Positions 12,993 to 26,558 of a stretch of 64,000 bases of DNA are shown here, piece after piece (position 1 is the stretch's first letter; every line of letters starts with the position of its first letter). Source of the DNA: Phoronis australis (Eukaryota; Animalia; Phoronida); the NCBI GenBank assembly GCA_002633005.1, contig NMRA01000523.1:187790-251789 (forward strand). The letters run 5' to 3'. A program made the translations under genes and the position numbers. The notes below the pieces were generated by a model, which saw nothing but the letters and a program-made list of their open reading frames with translations, was not told the origin of the DNA and ran no database searches.

Positions 12993-13158
12993 GATCCAGT
13001 CCAAATGGTTAAGAACGTTGCCGCGTTTCTGGACGTGCCAGTCACCGAAAACAGAGTGGCAGTGGTGGCCGATAAGACTTCGCTCAAGAATATGAAAGCC
13101 AACAAAGTGGAGCACGGGCCCAAAGGAAAAGTAGTTCAAGGAGTATTCTACAGAAAGG
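12993..13158 (+). CDS. SULT: Cytosolic sulfotransferase exon D
   Basis: ttgcag|GAT CCA... gives DPVQMVKNVAAFLDVPVTENRVAVVADKTSLKNMKANKVEHGPKGKVVQGVFYRKG|gtaaat. Confidence 0.92.
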
Positions 13159-13322
13159 GTAAATTTCGGTCTCTTTCACTTTCGAACAAAACGTTTTCAT
13201 TCACGCAGAGAAAGCTCAGGAATTACTTGATTCCTCGGTTGTTGTTTCAGGGAAGCATGTATGCCCTGGATGATTTCGTTAGTTGACGCATAGGTTTTAA
13301 CACAAAATACTTATCTTTGCAG

Positions 13323-13426
13323 GCCAACCTAGGGATTGGAAAAACTACTTCACGGTAGCGATGAATGAGCGTTTTGACAACGATCACAAGCAACAATTGA
13401 AAGATTTAGGAATGCTTAATGATTGA
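13323..13426 (+). CDS. SULT: Cytosolic sulfotransferase last coding exon
   Basis: ttgcag|GC CAA CCT AGG... gives (G)QPRDWKNYFTVAMNERFDNDHKQQLKDLGMLND*. Contains DWKNxFT and the KxxxTVxxxE dimerisation motif. Confidence 0.92.
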
Positions 13427-13706
13427 TTCATGTAATTTGTTTAGTCCATGATTTCCCACGCTCCTCAATTCTAGTTGTAATAAGTGCTTTTTGGAGCTAC
13501 AGTACGTTTTGTCCTGATCTGTCCAAAAGAGGAATATAAATATACATTTCAACTGCTACGCGTTCTACCTACTCTTTTTATAATTATCCAGAAACCAGGC
13601 ATTACGCCATTGCAAGCAATCGCGCACATGTATTCATCCGAGCCTCTTTCGCAAGATTTTTCGAGCCACAGCAAAGCTTAACATCTGTTTCAGCATGTTT
13701 TAATAG

Positions 13707-13870
13707 CCTCCCGTTCAGTAACGCTAGGACCTCGCTACAAAGCAAGACTTCGGGAGATTACGTGAGATATCGCCGTGTATTTTAAATGAAAGCTCATGAC
13801 TTTGGCTAGATTTTAGCTAGGTACTAGCCTATAGGTCCCAACGTTATTGAACGGATGCCAGGTTTCCACC
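13707..13870 (+). repeat. Interspersed repeat (MITE-like); second copy inverted at ~43090-43225
   Basis: ccgttcagtaac..aagcaagac..gccgtgtattttaaatg..ggctagattt is shared with the reverse complement of 43100-43222. Confidence 0.65.
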
Positions 13871-14131
13871 AGTTCACTTAAAAGCCGCATTTTGCCGTTT
13901 ATCTTTCACTGTTGAATTCTTAACCGGAGTGATTTGGGGTTTGCATTATTGTCGATTGAGTTGTCAACTCAAATCGCCCGCAGTTCCAATGCGCCGTTTT
14001 CGATTCGCAATTTAGGGTTGGGTATCCCCAATATACTGTCGCTGATGCTTTCGATGTCCCTTTGGTTATAGAAATGGAATATTAACACGTCAGTATGGAA
14101 TACTGTGTGTCCGATTAGGTGAACATAAAAT

Positions 14132-17123
14132 CAAGGAGTGTAGTAGTAGAGGAGAGTTCACTTGTGAGTTCGCTGTTACCGCTACTACTAGCCCCGCCAA
14201 GTGATGAACAAGCAACAGTCAACCAGGAAGTGCCAAAACAATGGGGAAGGACACATTATGCAGTGCGATAAATTGCACTAATTCATCCACGACAACCCCA
14301 GACGTGTCGTTTTTAGGTTTTCTAAGGATCCGGAAAAGTAAGTATCATATGTAATTCAATAACATAATACATTGTCTTTCATTTTGTGTGTTCTGTTCAC
14401 AGTTGTTAGACAAGTCGATCGCACGTCCCGGTGCCACTGTCTGTTGTTTGCAGTGTAGGCTAGGCCTACTGGTCAGCCGGCGGAAGGACTACTGATTAAC
14501 GTACGATGTGATCGTCTGCTTTTTGGATACTTGCAGTCCATGTATTCCAAATCAAAATGTCACTCTAACGATCGCAGGGATAATTTTAGGAAAACATAGC
14601 CATGGCCATGGGTGAATATGAATCATCGAGGTGACACGGCCATGGCACAATCACAGCCACAGGGACTCAAGTTTTCATTAGTCAAGTTAGAGACATAACG
14701 TAGAATTGTCGTGAGGACTTGACAGGTCGCCTCATGGGTCTCACGCTCCACTGATTTATATACACTAGCTTGAAAAGGCTTTGCCCAGTTACACATTTTG
14801 TGTCATAAAACTGAGAGATAATCATACCTGCAGCTAATGCAGCTAGTAGAACTTGTCTCGTTTATCACATTGGTGTAGGCTCACAGAAGAACTGTGATTT
14901 TCTGTTGAGCCCAGACCGTCCGGAGTTGCACCATATACCAACTCCGGACGGTCTCTCACGACGATTTAGCGTTATGGAATCTGTGGGTCTCGGTGAAAAG
15001 TTGTGCGGCCCCTTAAAATATCCGTGGATCGACATTTGAGTCCTAGTTTTTTTAGTTGACGCTTAGACGCTTTTGTCTCTATCACAATCACAGTACGACA
15101 GGACTTCTGTAGTGTAGTGTAGTTTAGTGTAGGCTACCAGTCTTCTGTGAACCTGGTGAGTATGAGGTTTGTTCCTGAGTCTCTCATTGGTTTCTGTTCA
15201 GGTGCAAGCACTGGGAGCCGACCTTATGAATAGAGTGCATCCTACTTGTCCAAGAACTGCAACTTATGCTCTCATCACTTCGAGGAGTCCATGTTGATGA
15301 ATGAAGAACAAGCTGGTATTGAATGCAGTGCCCGAGCAGTATTTGATGTCCCCAGTCCACCAAAAATGAAGACGTCAAAAAGTTCTACGGAAATTATGTT
15401 ACAGCTGTGGAATAGGCTTTTTGCATTTCTGATTATCGTCTCACAAAGCAAGTACTGGAACATCACGTGTAGAAAGGACAATTAGTCAAAATCTGGTTTT
15501 CGTATTTTACTAAGGTTGATCAGATTGAAACAGTTTATGAATGGTTAGCCTGTGATTTGAAGAGAGCCAAAGTGAAACTGATGTGTCTTTTAGAGTCTGA
15601 ATGGTGGGCTGACATTTTGTTAAACCCAAGCTATCCATATCATTTTGCTTCTCAATGACACTGAAACACCTCTGTGAGTAAATTAGTTATCAGCTTCAAC
15701 GCATTTCGTTGGCAAAAAGAGCTGTTGTTTACTAGTGAATAGAGAGTGAGAAGGTTGGTTAGATTTTCTTGTTGTATTGGTGTATGTGTTGCCTATTTTG
15801 TACGTTTTTGGAGATTGTGATTAATTTAAGCTCCAGTTGTGGCTAAGTAACAAATATGATCTTGTGGTCTAGCTTTAGCTTACCTGAAATATTTACTGTT
15901 ATTGATAATATGAACAGTGGGTATAGAAAATAAAAATTTTAGTTTTATCATCCATTAAAAGTCTTTTTAATTCAGTTTTGTATGAAGTTGTGTGGCTAGT
16001 GAATATTTTGATTGCTGTTCAGCACCTCTTAACTTTTTTGTCATGACATTTTGAGCTTGGACTGGTTATGGTGGGGATATACTCAATGTGGGGGGGGCTC
16101 GAATTCCCGACGATGTAGACCTTTTGCTAACAAGTGAGTGGGCGGACTAAAAAAAAAAAAAAAAAAGGGGACCACTACTGTGAATTGCGCGTTTACGTTT
16201 CTTTAGTGGACTTTTGTCCCATTTTCTCGGACTTTTTGTCTCGTTCAAGCCCCCCGGGCCCCCTGGGTGCGCGCGTGGGAGAGTGCAATCGAGTTTACCC
16301 TATGCTGGAATGTCCAAGAAATAATGGGATGTTCTAAAATTATATTACGATTTTGTGGTAGTGATGAATTGCTTTCTTCTTCTTACATGTGTAACACCCA
16401 CTACACCAAACAATTATTCACATTGTTAGTATCCTGGTGCATTGAATAAGGAACACATGCGAAATTGGGTGGAGGTGAAACCAGCAGTGAGCTGGGAGCA
16501 ACATGTTTGTCAATGGTCAGGGGAGCAACCAAAATTTATGACTATGGGAATGGCTCAACACCCATGTGGCATACCCCATTGGTGTTTACCTGTTTAGCAC
16601 TCCTCCCATGTAACCTCCCTGGGAGATGGTCAACACCCATTTGGCGCCCACATGGTTTTTGCCTTGTACCCCCTTAGCTCTCACCTGTGGGGAATTACCC
16701 TCTGAACCCCCAGGAGCAATCATTCAAATTTTATTGTACATGGAGGTATGAACTGTTATAAGGAAAGATAATTTGCCTTGTTAAGAACTCAAACATGAAA
16801 CAAAATAGTGATAGATTTTGAAGGGAGCTTCAAAAGAATAAAAACAAATACACTTTAATATTTATTAAAATACACATTTTCTTTCTCATTCTATTGTAAG
16901 TGGATGTTAGTTTATGTATTCTAACCATCTTCAATCACACTGTAATTTTATTGCACGTTGAACGTCATTAAAGTATGAATTCATCAGTGTTTACATGGTT
17001 CGGACTGCGCTCCTAAGTAAGTATTGATTATTCACCGCTTGGAGCGCTAGTGTTTCGACCGGTAACCATTGCGGCGAATGGTAAAATGGCGGAGTGAACT
17101 CTCCTATACTCGTACACTCCTTG
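14132..17123 (+). mobile_element. Non-autonomous P-superfamily DNA transposon (copy 1) with a spliced THAP remnant
   Basis: ~31-bp TIR CAAGGAGTGTA(G/C)(T/G)AGTA(G/T)AGGAGAGTTCACT at both ends, with a perfect 7-bp TSD ATAAAAT (14125-14131 and 17124-17130). THAP exon 1 from ATG 14241 (MGKDTLCSAINCTN...FRFSKDPEK|gtaagt). Exon 2 from ~15202 (...CNLCSHHFEESM...NAVP..FDVPSPP). Frameshifted; no transposase core. Confidence 0.88.
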
Positions 17124-18099
17124 ATAAAATGCTTAAATCAAGTTTCACTTTTAGGTGGCTAAACAGCGAAATACAACTTCAAATATTTGAAACAAACCAC
17201 TTCCAATTCTGAAATTTTGGAATATGCCTGAAAAACGCCCAACATTCCCTTTAATGTCTTGCCTAATCGGCAAACTTGACTAAGGCTTCGGACGAGAAAA
17301 TCAACGATTTTGAACCACACGACAAATTTTGAGACATTGTGAGGATTGTTTTGACATAATTTTTCCGTCAACAACAGTACTGATTTTGCAAGAGAAAGTT
17401 ACGTACATTGTATGTGGTTTTGCGTTTGAATATTTCGAGGATGCTAACAAAATTTCGTCAGTTGAGTTATTCCCGGACCGTAACCCGAAATCGATGTTTT
17501 ACGGGCCGAGGCCAAAGGCTTTACTTGTAACGCAAATATATGTTGCAATTGTCAGTCGCAGAGCAAAAGCGGGTGACTGGCTCCACCGGCTAGTGCGTAT
17601 ACGAATGTTTCTGGCTAAGTGGGAATTATTCCATTTACTTTTAACTTATTAATACTTATATTATACCACTTTGGCACCATGACAAGTTTTCTACCTAAAG
17701 TTATTTTGCCAACAAATGGTATTCGTCACCCACCCGGCTGTAGCGAATGACTCGAAGTCGCGTCTAAATTTATTTTCCATGTTTTCTCAAGTTTAACTGT
17801 CTGGATATTCTAACTGAATAGCAATTTCATTCAATAATTTGATGTTGCATGTTCGTTGTTCTGTTTATACTGTTTAATTAGCAGAGTTAATTAAACCCAG
17901 TAAAACACGCTTAGCCTAGCCTCAGGCACCATAGTCGGCCGCGGTTGTACATGTAATTCGTTGGCGCAGGACTGCTACTAATCTGTAATTTCATACAAGT
18001 GTCGGAAACTATCTATGTATGTATACAGCATTCATGATTTGAACCATTTATTTCGATAAAACAGCCGGGGACGGCATGCCTTTGTCTTTTGTCAATGCG

Positions 18100-20960
18100 A
18101 GTGGTCTGGATCGGTCTTTACCGAGTCATCGGCTGCAGGTCCGAGCCCGGCAAAATAATTTCTTACAAAAGTTGTTTTGCCATTTTTTGTCAACTTTTTC
18201 AGAGTACAAATTGTCCCTATTTTGGTTTTATTAAAGTTGAGGTCCGCTGTCCATAATTTTATTTCCGTTTGCAGTCGGGTAACAGACACTGCTTCAGTCG
18301 CAGAGACGGCGTGTACTAAGCCTAGGTTCCCGAATGAATTGTACTTCCGGTACCGCGGTTAGTTCAAAATGGCGGTGTGATCGTGAGTGACGCACTTATT
18401 TAAACTTTTTCGACTACGGTTTGCATATTGGTTATAGGGTAAGTACTGCGTGGTTCATTATAATGTCTTCTAACCATTTAATAAGGGTTAAAAACGTGTG
18501 CATCTAGGACTTTAATAAATCAAAACCGCAGTTGGTCGCCACAGCCCGGACCGGTGCCCCAGGTGTTGTCCCTAATTGAGAATGAGTTTTTAGTTAGATT
18601 TAAAAATCACGATTGCCAGTGATTTAAACTGCATGCGTTCGATGGTAAACAATGTAATCAATGTTTTAGGAACTATTCAACTCTTGCACACTATTTAAAT
18701 GGCTACTAAATGGACACAAATATGATACTTTATTGACGTCACTTCAGACTCATTAGTAGGCAATCAGAGTAATGAACTGTCGGAGTATTGGGTTTCGGAA
18801 TTGTGGTTATCCGGAGTAGTGAACTTTCGAAGGTGTCGAACCTTCGAAGTAGTGAGCCTTCGGAGTAGGTAACCTTCGTATACATGTAGTAGTGAATCTT
18901 CGCAGTAGTGAACCTTCGATCGCCCGATATTGCGAAGCTGTCCGGGGGCTTCGCCATCGTCTACTCTCTCTCGCGCTCAGTCTTGGCAATCGCCGGACAA
19001 CGTGGACAGATGGCTTCATCAACGTGAGTTTTGTTGTCGATTTGTCGTGAAAGGTCTTTAAATATGTGTTCCTTTTAACCATTTTAGAAAGTTTAGTCAT
19101 CCATGAAACGATGTCACTTAGTGCATTTGCCTTATTCAGTTAAATGTTCTCTCGTCGAGTTATTTTCCCGGTCGCAGCCACAACAGCCGGTAATCATGGG
19201 TGGCACAGAACAGGTGTACTATGTTTCGTGCCTAAACATTACAAAATCGGTAATGTTTAATGACAAGAACAGAGAGAAATTCTTTGATTGAAAATACCCA
19301 CAACAAACAGGAGTCACAGTTTCTTCTGTGACTTCTCGTCAAAGTCATTTTGGGCATCAGAAAAGACGACAACTTAGATAGCTGTACTAGCTGTTCCAGC
19401 AACCCTCGGACTTCTAGCTGGCACCCTGTAGCTGGCGGCAGCAACTGACAAAATCCACCGCCAAGTATATTGCTACTTTTGTACATTTGTAAAATATCGG
19501 AATTCTCAGAGACTGTCACTCAGAGGTAGCCAAGGAGTACAAAATATGTGACACCGTGTTCTTTTCAAAACAGTCAATCAGTTTTGCACTTTCTTCAGTG
19601 AGTTGTCCCATGTTGATCCTATCATTTGTGTTGCACGTGTAACAGAAGCTCTCTAGTAATGGTTATGCTGTAGCAATTTTTAATCATAACATCATGTTCA
19701 TTTTTAAAAAAATGTGTGCTTGCTTTGCTTTCCATAGAGCCCTATTAACTCGTGATCATTTCACCTTCACTGATTTTGATATAGGCCTACTAAGACTCAT
19801 GTTTTGTACAATCATCGTTGATGATTTTGATTTCATTGGATCATTGCAGGTTTCTCGAATGTGTTAGGTCCCATAGATTGTATTCACATCAAAATTCAGA
19901 AACTGGCAGACGCGAATTCACATGTCTTTGTGAGTCGAAAGATGTCCAATAGTGTAAATGTCCAGGTAAATCTAATGTGCTTCTGTAAAACCACTTATCC
20001 GCTCAGCTTTGGTGCCGTCTCCCTTCTCCTTTTCTGTTTACATTTTGTTTAAAGTTCATAATGTTATGACAAGTTATTATTTGAACACTAATATATACAA
20101 TTAATAGACCCAAAAGAATCCTTCACATCTCGGGGATTTACTTTCAGTTTATATCTCTCAGATGCTATCATTAATTTTATGAATAAAAATTAAGGAAACT
20201 CAAATAGTAAATAAGAAAATTCTAACCATACTAGCCAAGAAAACTACCTTAGCATTTTAAATAGTTCTTTAACCGGGAAAAGCCCACAGCTGTGCTATGA
20301 AATTGAATAATCAATAGATTATTCATGAGTAACAGAGCCAGTCCGGCAGGGGTGGTGGCCACTGTACCAAAACTTTTGGTATAAAAAGGATGTTTTGGGG
20401 CTTTTACAAAGCACTGAATATCGTCAGAAGGCTAATTTCGTTCAGATCGTTGTAAACCTTATGCCTATGAAGATTGACTAGATGTTAGTGTAAAAGCCAT
20501 TTGAATGTAGAGATTTTTGCTGGAAATTCCGAGTCAATCAAATATTCCAACTTCACGATGTTCTGAATGACACCGGTGTACCTACAGGCGGACCAGGGGC
20601 ATCAAACCCTTCATCGAAAAGTGCGAGTCTCTTTTAACAGGAGCGCTTGGAAAACCGGGATCAAGACTTTGAACCATTCTGGATGAAATGTGACAAAAAC
20701 CCTTCAGAAATGTAACACGGGTCACTTTTGAGGCCGAAATTCATTGGAAGAAAATCTCAACAGCACCAGATATTATCAACGGAAGAGTAAACGCCCCTCT
20801 GCAAAATCGTATGTTCACAAAACTATAGACAAAACATATTTAACGAACATATTTTTTGTTTTGTAGATGTGGTGTGATGCAAACTTTCGAATAACAAATT
20901 GTGTTGTCAAGTGGCCTGGCAGTGTTCAGAACTCGATGCTATGGCTACAGTTTGAACAAG
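18100..20960 (+). mobile_element. Decayed Harbinger transposon: intron-split DDE transposase (+) and divergent Myb/SANT-like remnant (-)
   Basis: 19850-19965 VLGPIDCIHIKIQKLADANSHVFVSRKMSNSVNVQ|gtaaat and 20867-20960 ag|MWCDANFRITNCVVKWPGSVQNS match HARBI1-type GAIDCTHI...NRKxxHSINVQ..CDA...WPGSxHDS. Minus ~18350-18170 has RKYNSF...W...KVDKKWQN (Myb-like, weaker). TIRs not identified. Confidence 0.75.
18520..18950 (+). repeat. Right half of a MITE with ~18-bp subterminal repeats (agtagtgaaccttcgga-like)
   Basis: Colinear with 27220-27570 and partly with 59840-60000; tandem agtagtgaac(c/t)ttcg units. Confidence 0.75.
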
Positions 20961-21041
20961 GTATGCCTTATCAGTGCGATATTAACAGGTGGTACTACAA
21001 CGAGGGCGAAAAGTATCCAGGCATTAAGATCAGTATTCCTT

Positions 21042-21503
21042 CCTTGTACCCCTTTGCTGGACCCTCTGGGTGCAACTCCCCTCTGAACCCCCAAAGAGCA
21101 ATCATTAAAATTACATGTAAGTAGTCCATGGAAGTATGAAATGTTACAAGTAACGATAAGTTGCTTTATTAAGAGCTCAAACATGAAACAAAAAATGAGC
21201 TTCAAGACAATAAAAGCAAATACGCTTTAACATTGATTAAAACACTCATTTTCATTTTAATTATCATTTGATTATAAGTAGACGTCAGTTTACGTATTTC
21301 AAACATTTTTAATCACACAGAGTAATTTCATTGCACGTCGGACGTCATTAAAGTAAGAATTTGTCAGTGTTTACATTGTTCTGACTGCGCCGCTAAATTA
21401 GTGTTATTTATTCACCGCTTGGGGCGCTAGTTTTACGAGCGATAAACATTGCGGCGAATGGTAAGATGGCGGAGTGAACTCTCCTATACGTCTTCACTCC
21501 TTG
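21042..21503 (+). mobile_element. Right arm of P-superfamily element copy 2
   Basis: Colinear with 16662-17123. Ends ...gaactctcctatacgtcttcactccttg and is followed by GCAGGAG. Confidence 0.85.
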
Positions 21504-22179
21504 GCAGGAGGTAACGAGTGAGCGTTCTATATATGGACCACATTACATCGGAAGTTAAGTCCCGTTTTTTGCGAGCAACCGTCTCGGCATCTTCATTTTC
21601 TAGTATTCCGAACTCCTTCTTATCTCATGAGAACTGAGAGACATCGTTGACGTGCATACAAAATTCCCTTTCCCATGATTAAGCTGTGTTTTTGGTGAGG
21701 TCTACCTTTCTAGAAATTCGTGACTATGGGCCTGCAAATTTCTCGGTTCCTCTACTTTCTCATTTTCCAGTTTAATTTCAAGTCTTTGTTGTCCGTCTTT
21801 CAAATTTGGTTTGTCTTCTTGCCGAAGAGGTCAATGTCTCCACTAGTTTTAGTTTTCCCGGCTTTGGGAGAAATATCAACAAGCTCATGAATAATTCCAG
21901 GAGTTATAGACTTATCCATTTTTGACATACGCTGTTGCGTAATGTTTGGCGTAATGTTTATCTTCGATTCTTATGGGTCTCCGCCAGGTTTCATTCCGAT
22001 ATGCATGAACGTTCACATGAATCTCAAACTTTTTCCAAGGAAAAATTGGTATCGGATCCCATAAAAACTTCACAATGTCGTTCGAGTACTGCACTGTTAC
22101 GGTGTTGTCGAGGATAACAATTCTGCCAAATCTAAAAACAATAAGAACGCTAAATTGTCTAAGGGAAACGTGCCGTCAA

Positions 22180-25100
22180 GGCAATTCATCCTTACATATA
22201 ATTTTAGAACACTCCATGATTTCGTAGTGACATGCCAGTTTAGGGTAACTCCCCACTCTCCCACTGCAATCGCCAATAGTTACAAGTCAGTTGCTAATCT
22301 GTAGAATAGCTCACAGCTTACTAAACGTAGTAACATTGAGTTTATCACCACTAATACTGTTGTCAAAATTCAAAATTTCATAACAAAAAATTTAGCAGGT
22401 AATGAACAGTAATCAAAATATTCACTACCCACACAACGTCATACAAATCTGAGCTAAAAAGACTTGAGTGACAAGACCAAAATGTTTCTATCATATACCC
22501 ACTGTTCCTCTTATCATTAACAGTACACATTTCAGGTACATGTAAGTAACAGCCTGACCACAAGATCATATCTGTTACTTAGCCACAAGTGAAGCTTAAA
22601 TTAATAATAATCTCAAAAACGTACAAAATAAGCAACTCATAGCCTAAACCAAAAGAAAAAGATCCCATCTCGAATGAACCCTCCATTTGGCAAAGTGGGA
22701 AAAAAGGTCCGCCTCAGAGACGCAAAAAGTCCGAGAAAACGAGACAAAAATCCACAAGAATTGGGCACAAATGCACAATTCATAGCTGCGAATCTAGTAC
22801 CCGTTTTTTTAGTCCTCGTTTTCTTTTTTCAGTAAAAGGTCCACATACAAAAAAATTTGAGCCCCCTATATTTTAGGATGGGTGTGCGCATGCACTCTCT
22901 ATTAGTTCATTATTGAACAACAGCTCTTTTCGCAAAAAGGAATGCATTTCAAATAAAGCTGAAAACTAATTTACTCCCAGACCGGAGGTGTTTGTCATCA
23001 AGAAGCAAACTGATTCTGATAGTTTGGGTTTATCAAAATTTCAGTCCTCCATTCAGACCCCGACAGATCCATCAGTTTCACTTTGGCTTTCTCCAAATCA
23101 CTGGCTAACCTCTCATAAAATGTTTCTACCTGGTCAACCTTAGTAAGAATTTGAAAAACAGGTTTTGACCAGTTGTCCTTTCTAGTCGGTGGACCAGATC
23201 TCATAGCGTTCATCCTTGTGAGTACTTTGAGGGGCAACCTAGTTTTTTTCTATGTGGCTAGATAATATACCTATAAATCAAATTCCAAAATGTTCCCACG
23301 TCTATACTTGCACATTTATTATAAAAAAGGTGTTTTTGTTGCACAAAATATGATGCACATTCCTGCCACTTGGTGGCTCTTTTCTGTTGAATTGACCAAT
23401 CAGAGAGCCAGATTGAATTGTTGTGCTTAGTTACTTCAATATGGCTGCTCTCATGGAGTGTGATGCCTGTATAATTCAAGGTTTATCAAATAGCACAAAA
23501 TTGTGATGCAAGAGCCTAAATAAGCTTAGGAACGCTTCCTGGCGAACGCTGATGGACTGTGGAACTCTGTAAATCAGTAGATCAAAAAGAAGAAGAGGTA
23601 TCACAAGCGTTTGTGCAGAAAACAGCTGCATGTCCTGGTATAGCCTACACAGTCAGTATACTGCTGAGTGCTGTAGACTAGAAGACCTAGTGTCAGACCA
23701 TAAAATTGAAAGGACATAGAACGGCATAGCAACGTTTCAAGACACCAGCAGTAGTACTAAAGCTGAAGTTGATGAAAGTGATACAGATGTTCTCCATGAT
23801 TTCCCAAGAAAATCAATTATACTTCCAAAATCTGAAACACCTAATTAACCTGAACAAGATAGGAACGTTCTGAAACATGAGTGCATCATTTGTTAGCAGT
23901 AAAAGTATCTTATGGACCATATTTCAAGAAAGAGAAAGAAGTATAGCTTTCAAAAACAGGTACGTGTTTTTGAAAAGTACACCTTGGTGTTTTCCATGTG
24001 TGTTTCAGTATTATCACCAGTGACTGTCATCCCCTGTCGTAGTCCTGGGATAGGGGGAACCTCTTCTCAATTTTTAGTAAACATTAATTACTTAGGTAGC
24101 TGCAATGACAAATTAAAGTGCCTAAGTGGCCATCGCCACCGTCGTAATTTGAGGACAATGGAAGTCACTGTCCCTTTCGTCAAACGTCGATTACCTTAAG
24201 TGTAAATCTATTGACTATGGTTTGAGCATCTGATTTAAAAAAAATAAATTTCAATCACTGCACTGGTACATCAGCGACATATCAGACGCCATGTAATTTT
24301 TTTAGGCTGGTGGTGGATCAGTTCCTGATAAGTACGTCTGAAAAAGTTGCATGCCATCTCACTCATAGTTAAATGTTAAATTAGTGTTAACAGTTCGGGT
24401 TTCTTTCAGTTGGACTTGCACTGCAAGCAACAGCTCAGTCCAGAGCCTTGAATATGCAAATGAAATTCAAAGATAAAGACCTTGTGTCTTAGAAGCCAAG
24501 TACCACAGATCACCATGCTATAAAAAATAGAAAGACAACGATTATGAAGAGTGACGAATCCACAGTTTTCACAGATGGTTTTCTACAGTTTTGTTTGGAG
24601 TTCATTGAATCAAAGCTTCTAACACTTGGATATGTCATTTCCCTTTCAAAACTAAAGCTGTACTTCAGAAAGCTGGTGTGCATGAAGTTATTTGGAAAGG
24701 CAATCTTAAGAAACGACTGTTGAAGCTACTCACTGTTGTAGTTTGTGCCCGACTAAGAGATACGAAAGTGAATTGACGCTAGTGTTCAATAATTCACTTG
24801 CTGACTCTAATTAACACAGCCCATTATTGAATCAAACGTTTGCCCAAATCCTGCCCGCCTAAAAACAAGGACTTAGTGTTTGACCCTTCATTGCCTGAGG
24901 GCCAATCACCAGTGTGCAGTGCTGTACCCTCTCTAATCGACCATAGTTGGCTCCTTGGCGGTGGAGCTTTCAGTTAAAATATATGTCAATGCCCGCATCT
25001 CCACTGAGAGTACTAAACGATGAACGCTGCAGATGCAAAAAGAACATGTGTGCTGGGAAACTGAGTTTGTGTTGCAATGCTGGTTCAAACTGTACAGAAA

Positions 25101-26558
25101 TGTGCAGCTGTGACAACTGTAGTAACATCAGCAACACTGACTGCATAACATTGGATAGTTCTTTGACAAGTCAACCCTAAATGGACCTCCAACCCCGTTA
25201 TTTCGGTTTTTAGTATTAAAAAGTTAATTTTATGTGTTGATTAAGTCATAGAACGTACATAATTTGATCATTGTCATGTATTTGTCTCATACTGCTTGAT
25301 AAACGCTGTCAGAATGATCTATCATTTTCATACAGTCTGTGTGCACATTCACAGAGATAATTCAACAATATTGTTTTTGTACTAGAACGTATTTCTAGTG
25401 TATTATGCAAACAAGCTGTATTTTACACCATTAGTCAATGTTTTAGTCATTGAGGCACAAATTTTGCCCAGTCTCAAGTGTTTTGTGTTATTTTTGTTGC
25501 CAGACAATGCCAGAATAACTTCCTAGTAACATTCAGACTTTGTTTGCATTTTTGCCACTAGGTGTCTCTTTACATTTTTTTTAATTTCACTGTTTACAAT
25601 TAATCTACAATAGTAAAACATGTATTGTGAGTTTAATATTGTTCAATACAATGGCACTGATGGGACCATTTTGCTTGTTTTACAAAAAAGTCACCAACAC
25701 TGTTGGTTTTACAAACATAAGTTTACTAAGCATTTTGGGGATTATTAGTTAACTTCAAACTCAAATTTCTCAAAAATGTGCAACTTTATATGTGGGAACT
25801 TTTTAGATTTTGAAAACTCTCTAATGAATGAATTAAAAAAGACCAAAATAAAATTGCCCCCTAAAGCACTCATAAAAACCATTTTCTAGAGGCCCTACAA
25901 ATTGTGGCCCACCGACTAATCTACATGTGATGTCCCAGTACTTGCTTTGTGAGACAATAAACATACGTCAGGTGCAAGTAAGTCTATTCCAGAGCCGTAA
26001 TATACATAATTTCCTTAGAACTTTTTGACATCTTTGTTTTTGTTGGATTCCGGGCATCAAATGTTGGCACTGCATTCCGTACCAGCTTGTTTTTCACACG
26101 AGCATTCGTGAACATGGACTCCTCGAAGTGACGAGAGCATAACTTGCAGTTCTTGGATAAGTAGGCTGCATCTCTATTCATAAGGTTTTCTCCCAGCACT
26201 TGCACCTCAAACAGAAATCAGTGAGAGAATCAGGAACAAACCTCATACTCACCAGGCTCCTAGAAAACTGGTAGCCAACTCTACACTACACTACACTACG
26301 GAAGTCCTGTCGCACTGTGCCTGTGATAGAGACAAAACATACAATCCTTACTTTTCTGGATCCTTATAAAACGTAAAATATGACACGTCTGAGGTGTTCG
26401 TGGATGAATCAACGCAATTTATTGCACTCCAAAACGCACCCTTCGCCATTGTTCTCGCGCTTTCTAGTTGACTGTTGCTAATTCACCACTTGGTGGCGCT
26501 AGTAGTAGCAATAGGAGCGAGCTCTCTGATGAACTATCCTATACTTCTACACTCCTTG
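22180..26558 (-). mobile_element. Left arm of P-superfamily element copy 2 (inverted; interrupted by Academ)
   Basis: The reverse complement matches ~14132-16370. THAP ORF 25984-26205 (CKLCSRHFEESMF...KNKLVRNAVPTFD). The TIR starts at 26558 and is preceded on - by GCAGGAG. Confidence 0.85.
23183..25918 (+). mobile_element. Internally deleted Academ DNA transposon nested in P copy 2
   Basis: TIR TAGTCGGTGG(A/G)CCA ... TGGCCCACCGACTA. 3-bp TSD TTC/ATC, supported by the empty site in P copy 1 (reverse complement of ~15462-15487). Remnants: EAKYHRSPCYKK (~24490-24530) and a C-terminal Cys8 finger CRCKKNMCAGKLSLCCNAGSNCTEMCSCDNCSN (~25028-25126). Confidence 0.8.

Noticed and set aside
18770-18920. 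CRISPR-like periodic repeats
   Set aside because: The ~18-bp units are adjacent with no unique spacers, there are no cas genes, and the context is eukaryotic. They are MITE subterminal repeats.
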